The position numbers were made by a program, and so were the translations under genes. A stretch of DNA of 64,000 nucleotides from Terriglobia bacterium (GTDB lineage Bacteria; Acidobacteriota; Terriglobia; Acidiferrales; UBA7541). Under the pieces are notes generated by a model. That model saw only the letters and a list, made by a program, of their open reading frames with translations. It searched no databases and was not told where the DNA came from. Shown piece by piece: positions 43,336-52,433 of the stretch. The stretch lies in contig JBGPJC010000003.1 of the NCBI GenBank assembly GCA_041485165.1, positions 17-64,016 of the forward strand. Reading direction: 5' to 3'. Each line of letters starts with the position of its first letter. Positions within the stretch are counted from its first letter, which is position 1.

Positions 43336-44928
43336 CTACTTCGCGGCCGGGGTCTCTGCCGACCGGCTCACGAAAATAATGCCATCGCCCAGTGTGCCGC
43401 GGAACTGCCGGACAATCGAGAACTCCGTGCCCAGGGCGTTCCAGACCTCGGGTTGCCGCGCCTGGACGTAAGTCCGCGACCAATAAATCATCCACGCAGC
43501 CTTTCCGGGCACCCGTGCGGCCTCAAGCTGTGCGCGCGTCTCCACCGCCGTCCAGTCTCTCCCGTAATACTCCCGGTAGGGAAAGATGGCCAGTCCCGTG
43601 AGCATCACCGGCTCGCCCGGCTGCCGCTGCGCGTCTACGAACTGCATGGCGCCCTGAAAATCCTGCTTGGGATAAATATACGCCGCGCGCAACGGCCAGA
43701 GCGAGGCGGCCAGCATCAACAGCCCCAGCGCCATGCCCCAGCGCGTTCCCGCTTCCGGGCTTTTTTCAAAGAGTCTGGCGGCAAGCGCGCCGCAAGCCAG
43801 TGCTCCCCGCGCCAGCAGCAGAAAACCGAAGCCAATGGAGAAAAAAAAGAATCGCGGCCACAGGTTTTGCTTCACCACCAGCAGCGAGATCAGCGTGAGC
43901 AGGCCCGGCAACACCAGCAGGGTCGCAGCCAGGCGGTTCTCTCTCCAGACACTCCATAAACCAGCCAGCAGGAGCAGCGCAGCCGCGGCGAGCGCCGCCA
44001 CTCCCGCCAACCGCCCGGCGCCAAGTCCGCGCGCAGTTTCCAGGAGCATCCAGCCCGGATTGTTCCACTCCGTGCGCATTGCCGGAACGCCACCTCCCAT
44101 GCTGCGGTTCAGCAACGGCGGCAGGATGGGCGCATAGAGTAGTAACGTGACGGCTCCCCCCAGGGCAAATCCGGCCAGCGGGTGCAGTACCTGCTGGCGA
44201 GAGACGCCTTGCCCGGCGCGAACTTGGCCCGCCAGGAGGCCGAGAAAAATGATCCCATGCGCCGCGGCGACGAGTCCCATGGTCAGATGCGTGTACATCC
44301 CCAGTCCCACGACCAGCCCGTAAAGCAGCCAGAGTCTCATGCCACTGGGCGCCTCGCTGGGCCGCCGCGAGACACCATCGAGGAACAATGTAGTCGCTAG
44401 AAGCGTCCAGAATGCCAGCCCGGTGTACCCCCGCGCGTTTTGCGAAAACCAGACGTGGTTGTAGGAGACCGTCAGCAGCGCGGCGGCCAGCATGGCTTCG
44501 CCTTGCGAAGCCATGCGCCGTGCCAGTGCGTATAACGCCGGCACACAGGCTGTTCCGAAGAGCACGGCAGGCAGGCGCAGCGACCAGATGTGGTCTCCAA
44601 ATGCGAGGATGGAGATCCGCGCCAGCAGAGAATAAAGCAGGTGCTGGTTCTTGCTCGTATAGCTGGTCAGGATCTTCAGGAACGGTTGGCGCACCGACTG
44701 CACCAGGGTGGTCATTTCGTCGTACCAAAGCTGCTGGTCGAGCCTAATGAGGCGCAGGATAAGGGCCAGCGCGGTCAGGCCAGCCAGCCACAACCATGGC
44801 CGGGATAGGCCCTGCTCGGAAGGAGGACTTTGCTCGCTTGCCATTCGAGGTGGCCTGTCCGTTGTCACGTTTTCGATGGTAGCCTGCATGGAGAACGGTT
44901 TTGCCGGTGAAGACACACGGATGCTCAT
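43336..44928 (-). CDS. GT-C-fold glycosyltransferase (ArnT/PMT_2, GT39/83-like)
   Basis: Polytopic membrane protein. The first periplasmic loop has LDQQLWYDEM (the Asp-Glu motif of PMT/ArnT-type enzymes). Confidence 0.78.
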   Translation of the reverse strand: MSIRVSSPAKPFSMQATIENVTTDRPPRMASEQSPPSEQGLSRPWLWLAGLTALALILRLIRLDQQLWYDEMTTLVQSVRQPFLKILTSYTSKNQHLLYSLLARISILAFGDHIWSLRLPAVLFGTACVPALYALARRMASQGEAMLAAALLTVSYNHVWFSQNARGYTGLAFWTLLATTLFLDGVSRRPSEAPSGMRLWLLYGLVVGLGMYTHLTMGLVAAAHGIIFLGLLAGQVRAGQGVSRQQVLHPLAGFALGGAVTLLLYAPILPPLLNRSMGGGVPAMRTEWNNPGWMLLETARGLGAGRLAGVAALAAAALLLLAGLWSVWRENRLAATLLVLPGLLTLISLLVVKQNLWPRFFFFSIGFGFLLLARGALACGALAARLFEKSPEAGTRWGMALGLLMLAASLWPLRAAYIYPKQDFQGAMQFVDAQRQPGEPVMLTGLAIFPYREYYGRDWTAVETRAQLEAARVPGKAAWMIYWSRTYVQARQPEVWNALGTEFSIVRQFRGTLGDGIIFVSRSAETPAAK

Positions 44929-45178
44929 CGGCCCGCGTCAATAGAGCACGATAAGGGCAACCATCCGGCGCTCCCCGCAAATGGCCCTAAAACATTGATA
45001 AAGGGAATTTTACAAGGACCATTAGGCTCAAGGAAAGGAGATTTATGCCGCAAGTAGATACGTAGAAACTGCAAAACTTTGCACTCGCTTCATGTTCCAG
45101 AAAACTCGCCATTCGGAGTCCGCGCGGCGGACTCAGAAGGACGAGGTAAACTGTTCTGCCCGAGCTGAGATCCTTCTG

Positions 45179-45469
45179 CTAAGAACCGAAAATCTGGCTG
45201 ATTTTCTTGGCCAGCTCGAGATCATTGCGGGTCACGCCGCCGGCATCGTGAGTCATCAGATCAATGGTGACCCGGTTCCACACATTGGACCAGTCGGGAT
45301 GATGGTTCATGGACTCGGCAACCAGGGCCACGCTGGACATGAAGCCCCAGGCGTGTACGAAATCCCGGCAGGTGAAGAGGCGGTGCAGCTTGCCCTCCTT
45401 GTAGCTCCAGCCAGCCAGGCTTGGAAGCTCGGCGGCGATTTCCTGTTCGGTGAGTTTCTGTCGGGCCAC
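45179..45469 (-). CDS. pterin-4-alpha-carbinolamine dehydratase (PCD/DCoH)
   Basis: LAGWSY...L.R.F.F.DF..AWGFMSSVALVAESMNHHPDW.NVWNRV.I.L.THD is the PCD signature. The start is set to GTG 45469, which lies 5 nt after AAGGAG. The longer ORF-track N-terminus is discounted. Confidence 0.85.
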   Translation of the reverse strand: MARQKLTEQEIAAELPSLAGWSYKEGKLHRLFTCRDFVHAWGFMSSVALVAESMNHHPDWSNVWNRVTIDLMTHDAGGVTRNDLELAKKISQIFGS

Positions 45470-45732
45470 GAGATCTCCTTCTTTGCTCCCGCACCCCGAT
45501 GGCACAGCGACGACGCAGTGTCTCGCGGCACAGCGAAAGGTGTGCCCCGGCGCGCGCGGGAGAGCTGAGCGCATTATGGCCATTCGCGCCGCTGCGGGCA
45601 AGTTTTGCGAGGCAGCGCGAATTCGGTTGAACGGAGTGCGCTCTATCCCTTATCGTATCTACTGGACGCGCTTGCGAGTCCCGCATCGGAGGTCTCTGAC
45701 ACCCGGCGGCTCGATGGGCAACGGAGAGGATT

Positions 45733-46746
45733 GTGAAGAAAAAGATCCGGGTGGTGCAGTACGGAGTCGGCCCCATCGGCGCGGCGATTGTCCGGCTGAT
45801 GCGAACCAAGCAGGCCATTGAAATTGTGGGCGCCATTGATAAGGACCCGGCCAAGGCCGGAGTCGACCTGGGACAACTTGTTGGTGCTCCCGATGCGCCC
45901 TGGGGTGTTGCCATCTCCGCCGCTGGCGCGGGAATCTTGGCTGACGGCGTGGACCTGGTGACGCATTGCACCTCGTCTTCGCTCAAGGATGTCGCCGGGC
46001 AGTTGCTGGAGTGCATCCAGGCAGGCTGCTGCGTGGTCTCGACCTGCGAGGAGCTCGCTTATCCGTTCCACAAATATCCGGAGATCAGCGCGCGGCTTGA
46101 CTCCGAAGCCAAAGAATGGGGAGTGGCGGTGGTGGGCACGGGCGTCAACCCCGGCTTCGTCATGGACAAGCTGGTGCTGACCCTGGCCGCCACGGCCCAG
46201 CGCGTGGACATGGCCCGCGCCATCCGCATCGTGGATGCCTCGCATCGCCGCCAATCTCTTCAGAAAAAGATAGGTGCGGGGATGAGCCCCGAGGAATTCC
46301 GCTCCCAGGTGGCTTCCGGTGCAATCAAGCACCACGGACTGCCGGAGTCCCTGTCCATGGTCGCCGATGGGCTGGGATTTGAGCTGGACGACATCATCGA
46401 AAAGATCGAGCCGGTGATTGCGGGCGAGCGAATCCAAACCGAGTTCCTGACCGTCGAGCCCGGTCAAGTATCCGGCGTGCACCAGATCGCACGCGGGATT
46501 TCCGGCGGCAAAGACAAGATTTACCTCGAGCTGAAGATGTACGTTGGCGCGGGGAGCTCGAGCGATACGGTCGAGCTGACTGGCGAACCCAACATTACCG
46601 TCACCGTCCCCGGCGGTACACACGGCGACGTGGCTACCGCAGCGCTGGTAGTCAATGCCATTCCCACGCTGCTCGATGCCAGCGCCGGACTGCGCACCTC
46701 GCGCGACCTGCCGCTGTGCTATTTCCCGCCGAACGCCCAACCGTAA
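45733..46746 (+). CDS. DapB-N-like NAD(P)-dependent dehydrogenase (2,4-diaminopentanoate/amine dehydrogenase family)
   Basis: KIRVVQYGVGPIGAAIVRLM is the Rossmann motif. Length and pattern resemble the Ord-like amine dehydrogenase family. GTG start. Confidence 0.7.
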   Translation: MKKKIRVVQYGVGPIGAAIVRLMRTKQAIEIVGAIDKDPAKAGVDLGQLVGAPDAPWGVAISAAGAGILADGVDLVTHCTSSSLKDVAGQLLECIQAGCCVVSTCEELAYPFHKYPEISARLDSEAKEWGVAVVGTGVNPGFVMDKLVLTLAATAQRVDMARAIRIVDASHRRQSLQKKIGAGMSPEEFRSQVASGAIKHHGLPESLSMVADGLGFELDDIIEKIEPVIAGERIQTEFLTVEPGQVSGVHQIARGISGGKDKIYLELKMYVGAGSSSDTVELTGEPNITVTVPGGTHGDVATAALVVNAIPTLLDASAGLRTSRDLPLCYFPPNAQP

Positions 46747-46826
46747 GAGTCTTCTAAAAAAGTAAGAGCAAGCGGCTGGCCCATCCTGGTCGCAAAGGGA
46801 CCAGTGTTCGTAGCGCCGGCGCTACG

Positions 46827-47693
46827 TCAATCCTTTTGCCAAAATTTCGCGACCGCGGAGTAATCGAGGTCTTCTTTGGCTGCGCCGCGGACCGCGCTGT
46901 AGATTTCGCGCGCCGCGGCTGTCGCCGGCAGCGCCACGCCGAGCTGGTTGGCCAAATCGAGCGCCAGGCCCAAATCCTTGTGCATCAGCCGCAGCGGAAA
47001 ACTCGGCGCGTACTTTCGCTCCAGGATCAGCGGTGCCTTCACATCCAGCACCGGCGCCCGCGCCATGCTGGCCTGCATTACTTCCACCAAACGCTGGCCT
47101 GGAATCCCAGCACCCTGCACCAAAGCAAGCGCTTCGGCCAGAGCGCCCACCTCCAACGCCAGAATCAAATTCATCCCCAGCTTGACCGCCTGGCCGGCGC
47201 CCGAGCCGCCCAACTGGAAAAACCGCTTGCCCATCGCATTCAGCACCGGTTGGACGCGCGCCAGCACTTCGCTCTTTCCCCCAACCATGAAGACCAGTTC
47301 CCCTTTTTCCGCGCCCCACGTGCCGCCAGTCACCGGCGCGTCCAGGCACTCGGCGCCGCGCTCGGCGCAGGCCGCAGAGATGCGCCGTGCCAGCGCCGGA
47401 GAAACCGTGCTGGAATCCACCAGCACGCTGCCGGCACGCAAACCGGCCAGCGCCCCGTCCGCGCCCCATAGCACGCTTTCGAGCGCCGGCGGGTCACTGA
47501 CGATAGTGAATAGGACATCGGCGCTCGCCGCCGCTTCCCGCGGCGTGCGGGCAACACGCGCCCCGCTGGCAACTAACTCCTCCGCGCGGCTCGCTGTCCG
47601 ATTCCACACCGTGAGCGGGAATCCCGCCTTCAAAATGTTTGCCGCCATGGCCCGGCCCATCAGACCCAGCCCGATAAATCCCACAGACGTCAT
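46827..47693 (-). CDS. beta-hydroxyacid dehydrogenase (3-hydroxyisobutyrate dehydrogenase family)
   Basis: VGFIGLGLMGRAMAANI...VWNRT and the NAD_binding_2/11 pattern are present. Confidence 0.9.
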   Translation of the reverse strand: MTSVGFIGLGLMGRAMAANILKAGFPLTVWNRTASRAEELVASGARVARTPREAAASADVLFTIVSDPPALESVLWGADGALAGLRAGSVLVDSSTVSPALARRISAACAERGAECLDAPVTGGTWGAEKGELVFMVGGKSEVLARVQPVLNAMGKRFFQLGGSGAGQAVKLGMNLILALEVGALAEALALVQGAGIPGQRLVEVMQASMARAPVLDVKAPLILERKYAPSFPLRLMHKDLGLALDLANQLGVALPATAAAREIYSAVRGAAKEDLDYSAVAKFWQKD

Positions 47694-47803
47694 CTCATGC
47701 CTCCCCTTTGCGCCTCTGTAGCGCTCCTGCGCGGCGCAGAAAAATTACAGAGGAACAATATAGCGTTCCGGAGTATGAGCGCAAAGGAAACTGCGAAAGG
47801 GAG

Positions 47804-48115
47804 CTAAGCTTTCTCGGGGTGATTGCGGAGTCGGAGAATATCGGAGGATTCCGGAGTCGCGGCTGAGACCGCTCCAAAGGGATCGACGGACGCCGGCTTC
47901 TGCTCTGCCGCCGCCTGTTCTTCGAGGCGCATCACGCACTGGTAGGGGATTTCCCAGCGAAACGTCTGCACCCGCCCGCGCAGCACGTATTGCTCTTCCA
48001 GGAAAATGGACCGGCCGGAATCGGCCACCAGCCGGGCGGTGGCTGGCAGGGTGATGTCGCCGGCGCGGTAATGCACACCCACACGCTTGCCGAGAAGGTT
48101 CGCGTAGCGCGCCAT
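47804..48115 (-). CDS. hypothetical protein
   Basis: 103-aa ORF in an otherwise gene-free gap with plausible codon usage. No family is recognised. Confidence 0.4.
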   Translation of the reverse strand: MARYANLLGKRVGVHYRAGDITLPATARLVADSGRSIFLEEQYVLRGRVQTFRWEIPYQCVMRLEEQAAAEQKPASVDPFGAVSAATPESSDILRLRNHPEKA

Positions 48116-48212
48116 AGTCGGACGCTAGTCTGGGGAAGGGCGGGAAAATGGTCAATAGTACGTTCGGATGGTACGGAGAGAAGTTGTTGAAAACCTTCTA
48201 ATCCCAATGATT

Positions 48213-48581
48213 CTAATGAGATCCGCTGCCGTGGACGCGGCCTCCCGCTGCTGCCGGCGCCGCCGCTGGTGACGCGTCCGGCTTGAGCCGCAGATCGGCC
48301 GTCCCCATCAGGACCAGAGCGGCAACGGCGCCAAACGCCAGAAATGCGTACACCACCGGCATCGCCCAGCCCAGGACCTCGCCGGGCGCGGCCGCATAGG
48401 GATAAGACAGTTGCCAGGCGAGCAAGCCCGCCAGAATCCCCGCCAGAGAAGCCAGCAAGCAGCTGCCGTCCCACACGGTCAGAGACTTCTTGCAGCCGGG
48501 ACACTCGAAGTCGTCGGAGAAGGCTGCCACGGTTGCGGGAGAAACCACGGTCAGGCAACTGGGGCAAGTGCGGATGGACAT
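48213..48581 (-). CDS. zinc-ribbon membrane protein, hypothetical
   Basis: CPSC...CPGC is followed by two hydrophobic segments and an Ala/Pro-rich tail. Confidence 0.45.
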   Translation of the reverse strand: MSIRTCPSCLTVVSPATVAAFSDDFECPGCKKSLTVWDGSCLLASLAGILAGLLAWQLSYPYAAAPGEVLGWAMPVVYAFLAFGAVAALVLMGTADLRLKPDASPAAAPAAAGGRVHGSGSH

Positions 48582-48641
48582 CCATTCACCTCGCGTGAAG
48601 GCACCCGAAGATAGCGCAAGCCGGAGCCGGTTGCCAAGCGC

Positions 48642-51182
48642 CTAGCGGGCAGCAGAGGCGGAGGGCAACAATGCGAACTCGACGCGTCGCAGGATGGGGT
48701 CAATGCGGTCCACGCGCACGCGGACGCGATCACCCAGACGCCACACCTTGCGGCCACCGCCGGCGGAGATGGCCCGGTCTCGCTCGCGGTAGTAGCAGCG
48801 CTCGCCCGCCAGTTCTTCGATTGCCGCCATGGGTACCAGGCCTTCGACGAACAGGTCCAGCAGCTCGACGTAGAATCCCCACTTTTGCGCGCTGATGACC
48901 AGCGCCTCGAACTCCTCGCCCAGATGCTGCTCCATGAATTGCGCGGTCTTCCATTCCACCAGTTCGCGCTCGGCGGCGTCGCCGCGCCGCTCGGCCTCGC
49001 TCGATTCCACGGCAATTTCGTCCAGCTCGGCCGGGCGATAAGGGCCGGGCCGCGGAGCGTGGTCGGCGCCGCGTGGATGTGCCGGGGCGTGACTGGGCGC
49101 CGGCGCAGCGGGATGCTCCAGCGCCCACTTCAACACGCGATGAACGATCAGGTCGGGATATCGCCGAATGGGCGAAGTGAAATGCGTGTAGTCGCTCGCT
49201 GCCAGCGCGAAGTGGCCCAGCGGCTCGGGGGTGTAACGCGCCTGCTTGAGAGACCGCAACATCAGGTAAGAGAGAATGCGCTCCTCGGGTTTCCCGGCGA
49301 TCTTGCGCGTCAAGTTCTGGTAGTGCTGCGGACGTATGTCGAACTCAGTTTTCCCTGGCACGGTCACAGTCATGGGCCGCCCCCGGCCGTAGCCGCCGCG
49401 CTTCGCTCCGCGCGGCGGTGCAGGCACGCGGCCGTGCCGCACGGGGATGTTCTCGATGGACAGGTCGGAGACGCCCAGCGAATAGCCGAAGGCCGCGGCG
49501 ATCTCTTCGAACTCCAGGACCTTCTTGGGGTCGGGCTTTTCATGCGCGCGGGTGAGCGAGCCGAGCCCGCGGCGCTCCAGGTACGCCGCGACCGCTTCGT
49601 TTGCCGCCAGCATGAACTCCTCGATGAGGCGGTGGGCAATGTTGCGCTCGCTACGCAGGATTCCGGTCATCCGGCCCAGCTCGTCGAACTCCAGCAGGGG
49701 CTCGGGCAGGTCGAAGTCAATTGCTCCGCGGCGCGTGCGCCGGGCGTTGAGCAGCAGCGCCAGCTCCTTCATGGCACGGAAGTCTTCCGCTAGGGCGGAG
49801 TAGCGCGCGGTCATTTTCGCGTCGCCTTCCAGCACTTTATTCACGTTGGTGTAGGTCATACGCTCGACCGAGCGGATCACCCCGGCCGCAAACTCGACCG
49901 CGGTCACCTCGCCCGCGCTGTTCAGCTCCATCAGGGCGCTCATCACCAGGCGGTCCACCTGCGGGTTGAGCGAGCAAATGCCGTTGGAAAGCTCGACCGG
50001 CAGCATGGGTATGGCGCGGTCGGGAAAATAGACCGAAGTGCCGCGCAGGTGGGCTTCGCGGTCGAGGGGCGTCGCGCGGCGGACGTATTGGGCCACATCG
50101 GCGATGTGCACCTGCAGATTCCAGCGTCCGCCAGGACGCCGTTCGACGTAAACGGCGTCGTCGAAATCCTTCGCCGTCTCTCCGTCAATGGTGACGATGG
50201 GGAGTTGCCGGAAATCGCGGCGGCCTTCCAGCTCCGCGGGACGCACCTGCTGCGGCGCCTGCTGCGCTTCGGCGAGGACTTCGGCAGGAAACTGGTGCGG
50301 CAGGTGGTGCTTGCGCAGGATGATTTCGACGTCCACGCCCAGATCGCCGGGACGTCCCAGGATTTCGATCACCCGCCCCGCTGCCAGCACGCCGCTGTGC
50401 GGGAAGCGCGTCAGCTCGACATTTACGATCGCACCGTCGAGTTCTTCGAGGCGCGTTTGCCGCCGCGAAGTTGCCGCACTGGATTCCTCGAGCCCGTGCT
50501 TGGCGCGAAGCTCTGGCGTCAGCTCGGCACCAGGCGGGATGATGATGTCCTGCTGGAGACGTGCCTCGTAGGGGCGCACCACGTTGCCGCGCGACCCGTA
50601 CTGGAAGATGCCGACGACGGTGGCATGCGCGCGGTCGAGCACGCGCACGATGCGCGCTTCCGCGCGGCCCTCCGTCTTTCGCCGCTCGATGCGCGCCAGA
50701 ACGCGGTCGCCATGCATGGCATCGCCCAGCGAGTCGCGCCCGATAAACAGGTCACCCACCACGCCGGGAACCGGCCGGTCAGGGACCACGAAACCATAGC
50801 CGTCGCGATGGACTACAATCCGCCCAGAAACCTGGTTGGGGTCGGAAGAGGCAGCGGAGCTCGCTCGCTGAGGCCGTTCTCCACCATCAGCTCTCTTTTC
50901 TCCCTTTTTATCGGACCGGTGTGCGGCGCTGGGGCTGGCGGGTTCATCGGAATGCTTTCGCTGGCCGGCCAGGCGGTAGCGTCCCGGGCGCGGCTCCTCA
51001 AGCGCCTTGTGGCGATCGAGCTGGGCGATCATCTTCTTCAGTTCGCGGCGGCCGGCGTGGTGCAACTTAAGCCCTGCGGCGATTTCTCGAAGGCTCGCAG
51101 CCTCGCTCTGCTTGGCAAGAAAAGCAAGGACATCCCCTTCGCTTACTTCAGCATGGCCGGCGTGATTGCGTTTGTTGGACAT
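48642..51182 (-). CDS. rnr: ribonuclease R
   Basis: An N-terminal HTH-like region, cold-shock domains, an RNB catalytic domain (DFDDAV, FTSPIRRYPDLIVHR) and a C-terminal S1 domain are present. The start is set to ATG 51182. Confidence 0.92.
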   Translation of the reverse strand: MSNKRNHAGHAEVSEGDVLAFLAKQSEAASLREIAAGLKLHHAGRRELKKMIAQLDRHKALEEPRPGRYRLAGQRKHSDEPASPSAAHRSDKKGEKRADGGERPQRASSAASSDPNQVSGRIVVHRDGYGFVVPDRPVPGVVGDLFIGRDSLGDAMHGDRVLARIERRKTEGRAEARIVRVLDRAHATVVGIFQYGSRGNVVRPYEARLQQDIIIPPGAELTPELRAKHGLEESSAATSRRQTRLEELDGAIVNVELTRFPHSGVLAAGRVIEILGRPGDLGVDVEIILRKHHLPHQFPAEVLAEAQQAPQQVRPAELEGRRDFRQLPIVTIDGETAKDFDDAVYVERRPGGRWNLQVHIADVAQYVRRATPLDREAHLRGTSVYFPDRAIPMLPVELSNGICSLNPQVDRLVMSALMELNSAGEVTAVEFAAGVIRSVERMTYTNVNKVLEGDAKMTARYSALAEDFRAMKELALLLNARRTRRGAIDFDLPEPLLEFDELGRMTGILRSERNIAHRLIEEFMLAANEAVAAYLERRGLGSLTRAHEKPDPKKVLEFEEIAAAFGYSLGVSDLSIENIPVRHGRVPAPPRGAKRGGYGRGRPMTVTVPGKTEFDIRPQHYQNLTRKIAGKPEERILSYLMLRSLKQARYTPEPLGHFALAASDYTHFTSPIRRYPDLIVHRVLKWALEHPAAPAPSHAPAHPRGADHAPRPGPYRPAELDEIAVESSEAERRGDAAERELVEWKTAQFMEQHLGEEFEALVISAQKWGFYVELLDLFVEGLVPMAAIEELAGERCYYRERDRAISAGGGRKVWRLGDRVRVRVDRIDPILRRVEFALLPSASAAR

Positions 51183-51525
51183 CTTGGTGGAAGGGATGGT
51201 GGACCGCCGGTGCCTGGAGGCAGATTCCACATCCCGCTGACATTCTATGCCATCTGCGGGTGCGTACCAGCGACAAGCCTACGGCGGAGGGAAAGGGTCT
51301 GGCGGAAGGGGCACTCCAGCGCGCAACTTTTTTCTCCGGCCTGCCGCACTCTAAGGTCATCGGGCCGCACGTCGTCATTGTGTTTGCCCGCTTCCACACT
51401 GTTTAAGGCGGGACACGCCCGTAAGCGCACGTTTCGCCGTTAACCCCTGAGAATTCAATCGTCTCGGACTGGCCCCCAGACTGCTTTTTGCTGCAACGGC
51501 GGCAGCGAGCGGTCAGGAGGCAACG

Positions 51526-52191
51526 ATGCGGCGGACAACAACCGATTCGGAATCCGGGCTTTCCGGCTTCCCGAGCACAGAGAAAGGTACAAGGCTGGCG
51601 GCGTTGCTCCTGTTGGTGGCAGCAGTGTTGTTTTTGGTGCTGGTGGCCAACGCAAGCGCCCAGCAAACCCCTGCGAAGAAAACAGCGCAAACCAGGCGCC
51701 CCGAGCGGCGCATCGTGGTGAGCATTCCGGACCGCAAATTGGCCCTGCTCGAAGACGGCCGCGTGGTGAAGATCTATTCAGTGGCGGTAGGCGCTGCCGA
51801 CACCCCTACACCTTCCGGCGAATTCCGCATCACCACCCGCTTGGAGAACCCCACGTGGTATTGGCCGCACATGGTCGTGCCGCCGGGCAAAGACAATCCG
51901 TTGGGCACGCGTTGGATGGGGCTGGGAAAGGCTGGCTTCGGTATCCACGGGACCAACGCACCTACTTCGATTGGGAAAGCTGCCTCCCACGGCTGCATCC
52001 GCATCGGGCGGCGCGACCTGGAAGAGCTCTTCGCCAAAATGCGCGTGGGCGACGTGGTCGAGTTCCACGGAGAGTCATCCGCCGAGCTGGCGCAGATCTT
52101 TGGCGGCGAATTGCAAGCTTCGGCAACGCGCGGTGACGCGCTGCAGGTCGCCGCGCTCACTTCGGTCTCCGCCGATCGCGCGCGGAACTGA
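51526..52191 (+). CDS. L,D-transpeptidase (YkuD domain)
   Basis: A signal/TM segment is followed by GIHGTNAPTSIGKAASHGCIRI (catalytic His and Cys). Confidence 0.85.
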   Translation: MRRTTTDSESGLSGFPSTEKGTRLAALLLLVAAVLFLVLVANASAQQTPAKKTAQTRRPERRIVVSIPDRKLALLEDGRVVKIYSVAVGAADTPTPSGEFRITTRLENPTWYWPHMVVPPGKDNPLGTRWMGLGKAGFGIHGTNAPTSIGKAASHGCIRIGRRDLEELFAKMRVGDVVEFHGESSAELAQIFGGELQASATRGDALQVAALTSVSADRARN

Positions 52192-52217
52192 ACGCGCCGG
52201 CCAAGAAGGAGAAGACC

Positions 52218-52418
52218 ATGGAAAACATTCTGGCAATCGCAGGACTGGCAAGCATCGCGGGGCTCTCGCTCCTCGCCGCGCTGTTCACCACCTGGCTCTT
52301 CCTCGAATCATTCTTCCTGGTCTGGGAGGGCTCCGGAGTTTGCCGCCCGGCCGCGCCGGCGCTGGTTCGGGAAACTTTTCACGCGAAAACTTCTCAGGCC
52401 GCAGGGCCTGAAATCTAA
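52218..52418 (+). CDS. small membrane protein, hypothetical
   Basis: 66 aa with two hydrophobic stretches. AAGGAG lies upstream, and the gene ends 15 nt before the SPFH gene. Confidence 0.4.
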   Translation: MENILAIAGLASIAGLSLLAALFTTWLFLESFFLVWEGSGVCRPAAPALVRETFHAKTSQAAGPEI

Positions 52419-52433
52419 CTACAGGGAGAGAAC

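Noticed and set aside
45114-45133. Hairpin GAGTCCGC-GCG-GCGGACTC downstream of the PCD gene as a terminator
   Set aside because: The stem is good, but the minus-strand trailing sequence has only a weak, interrupted U-tract. That is not enough to call it.
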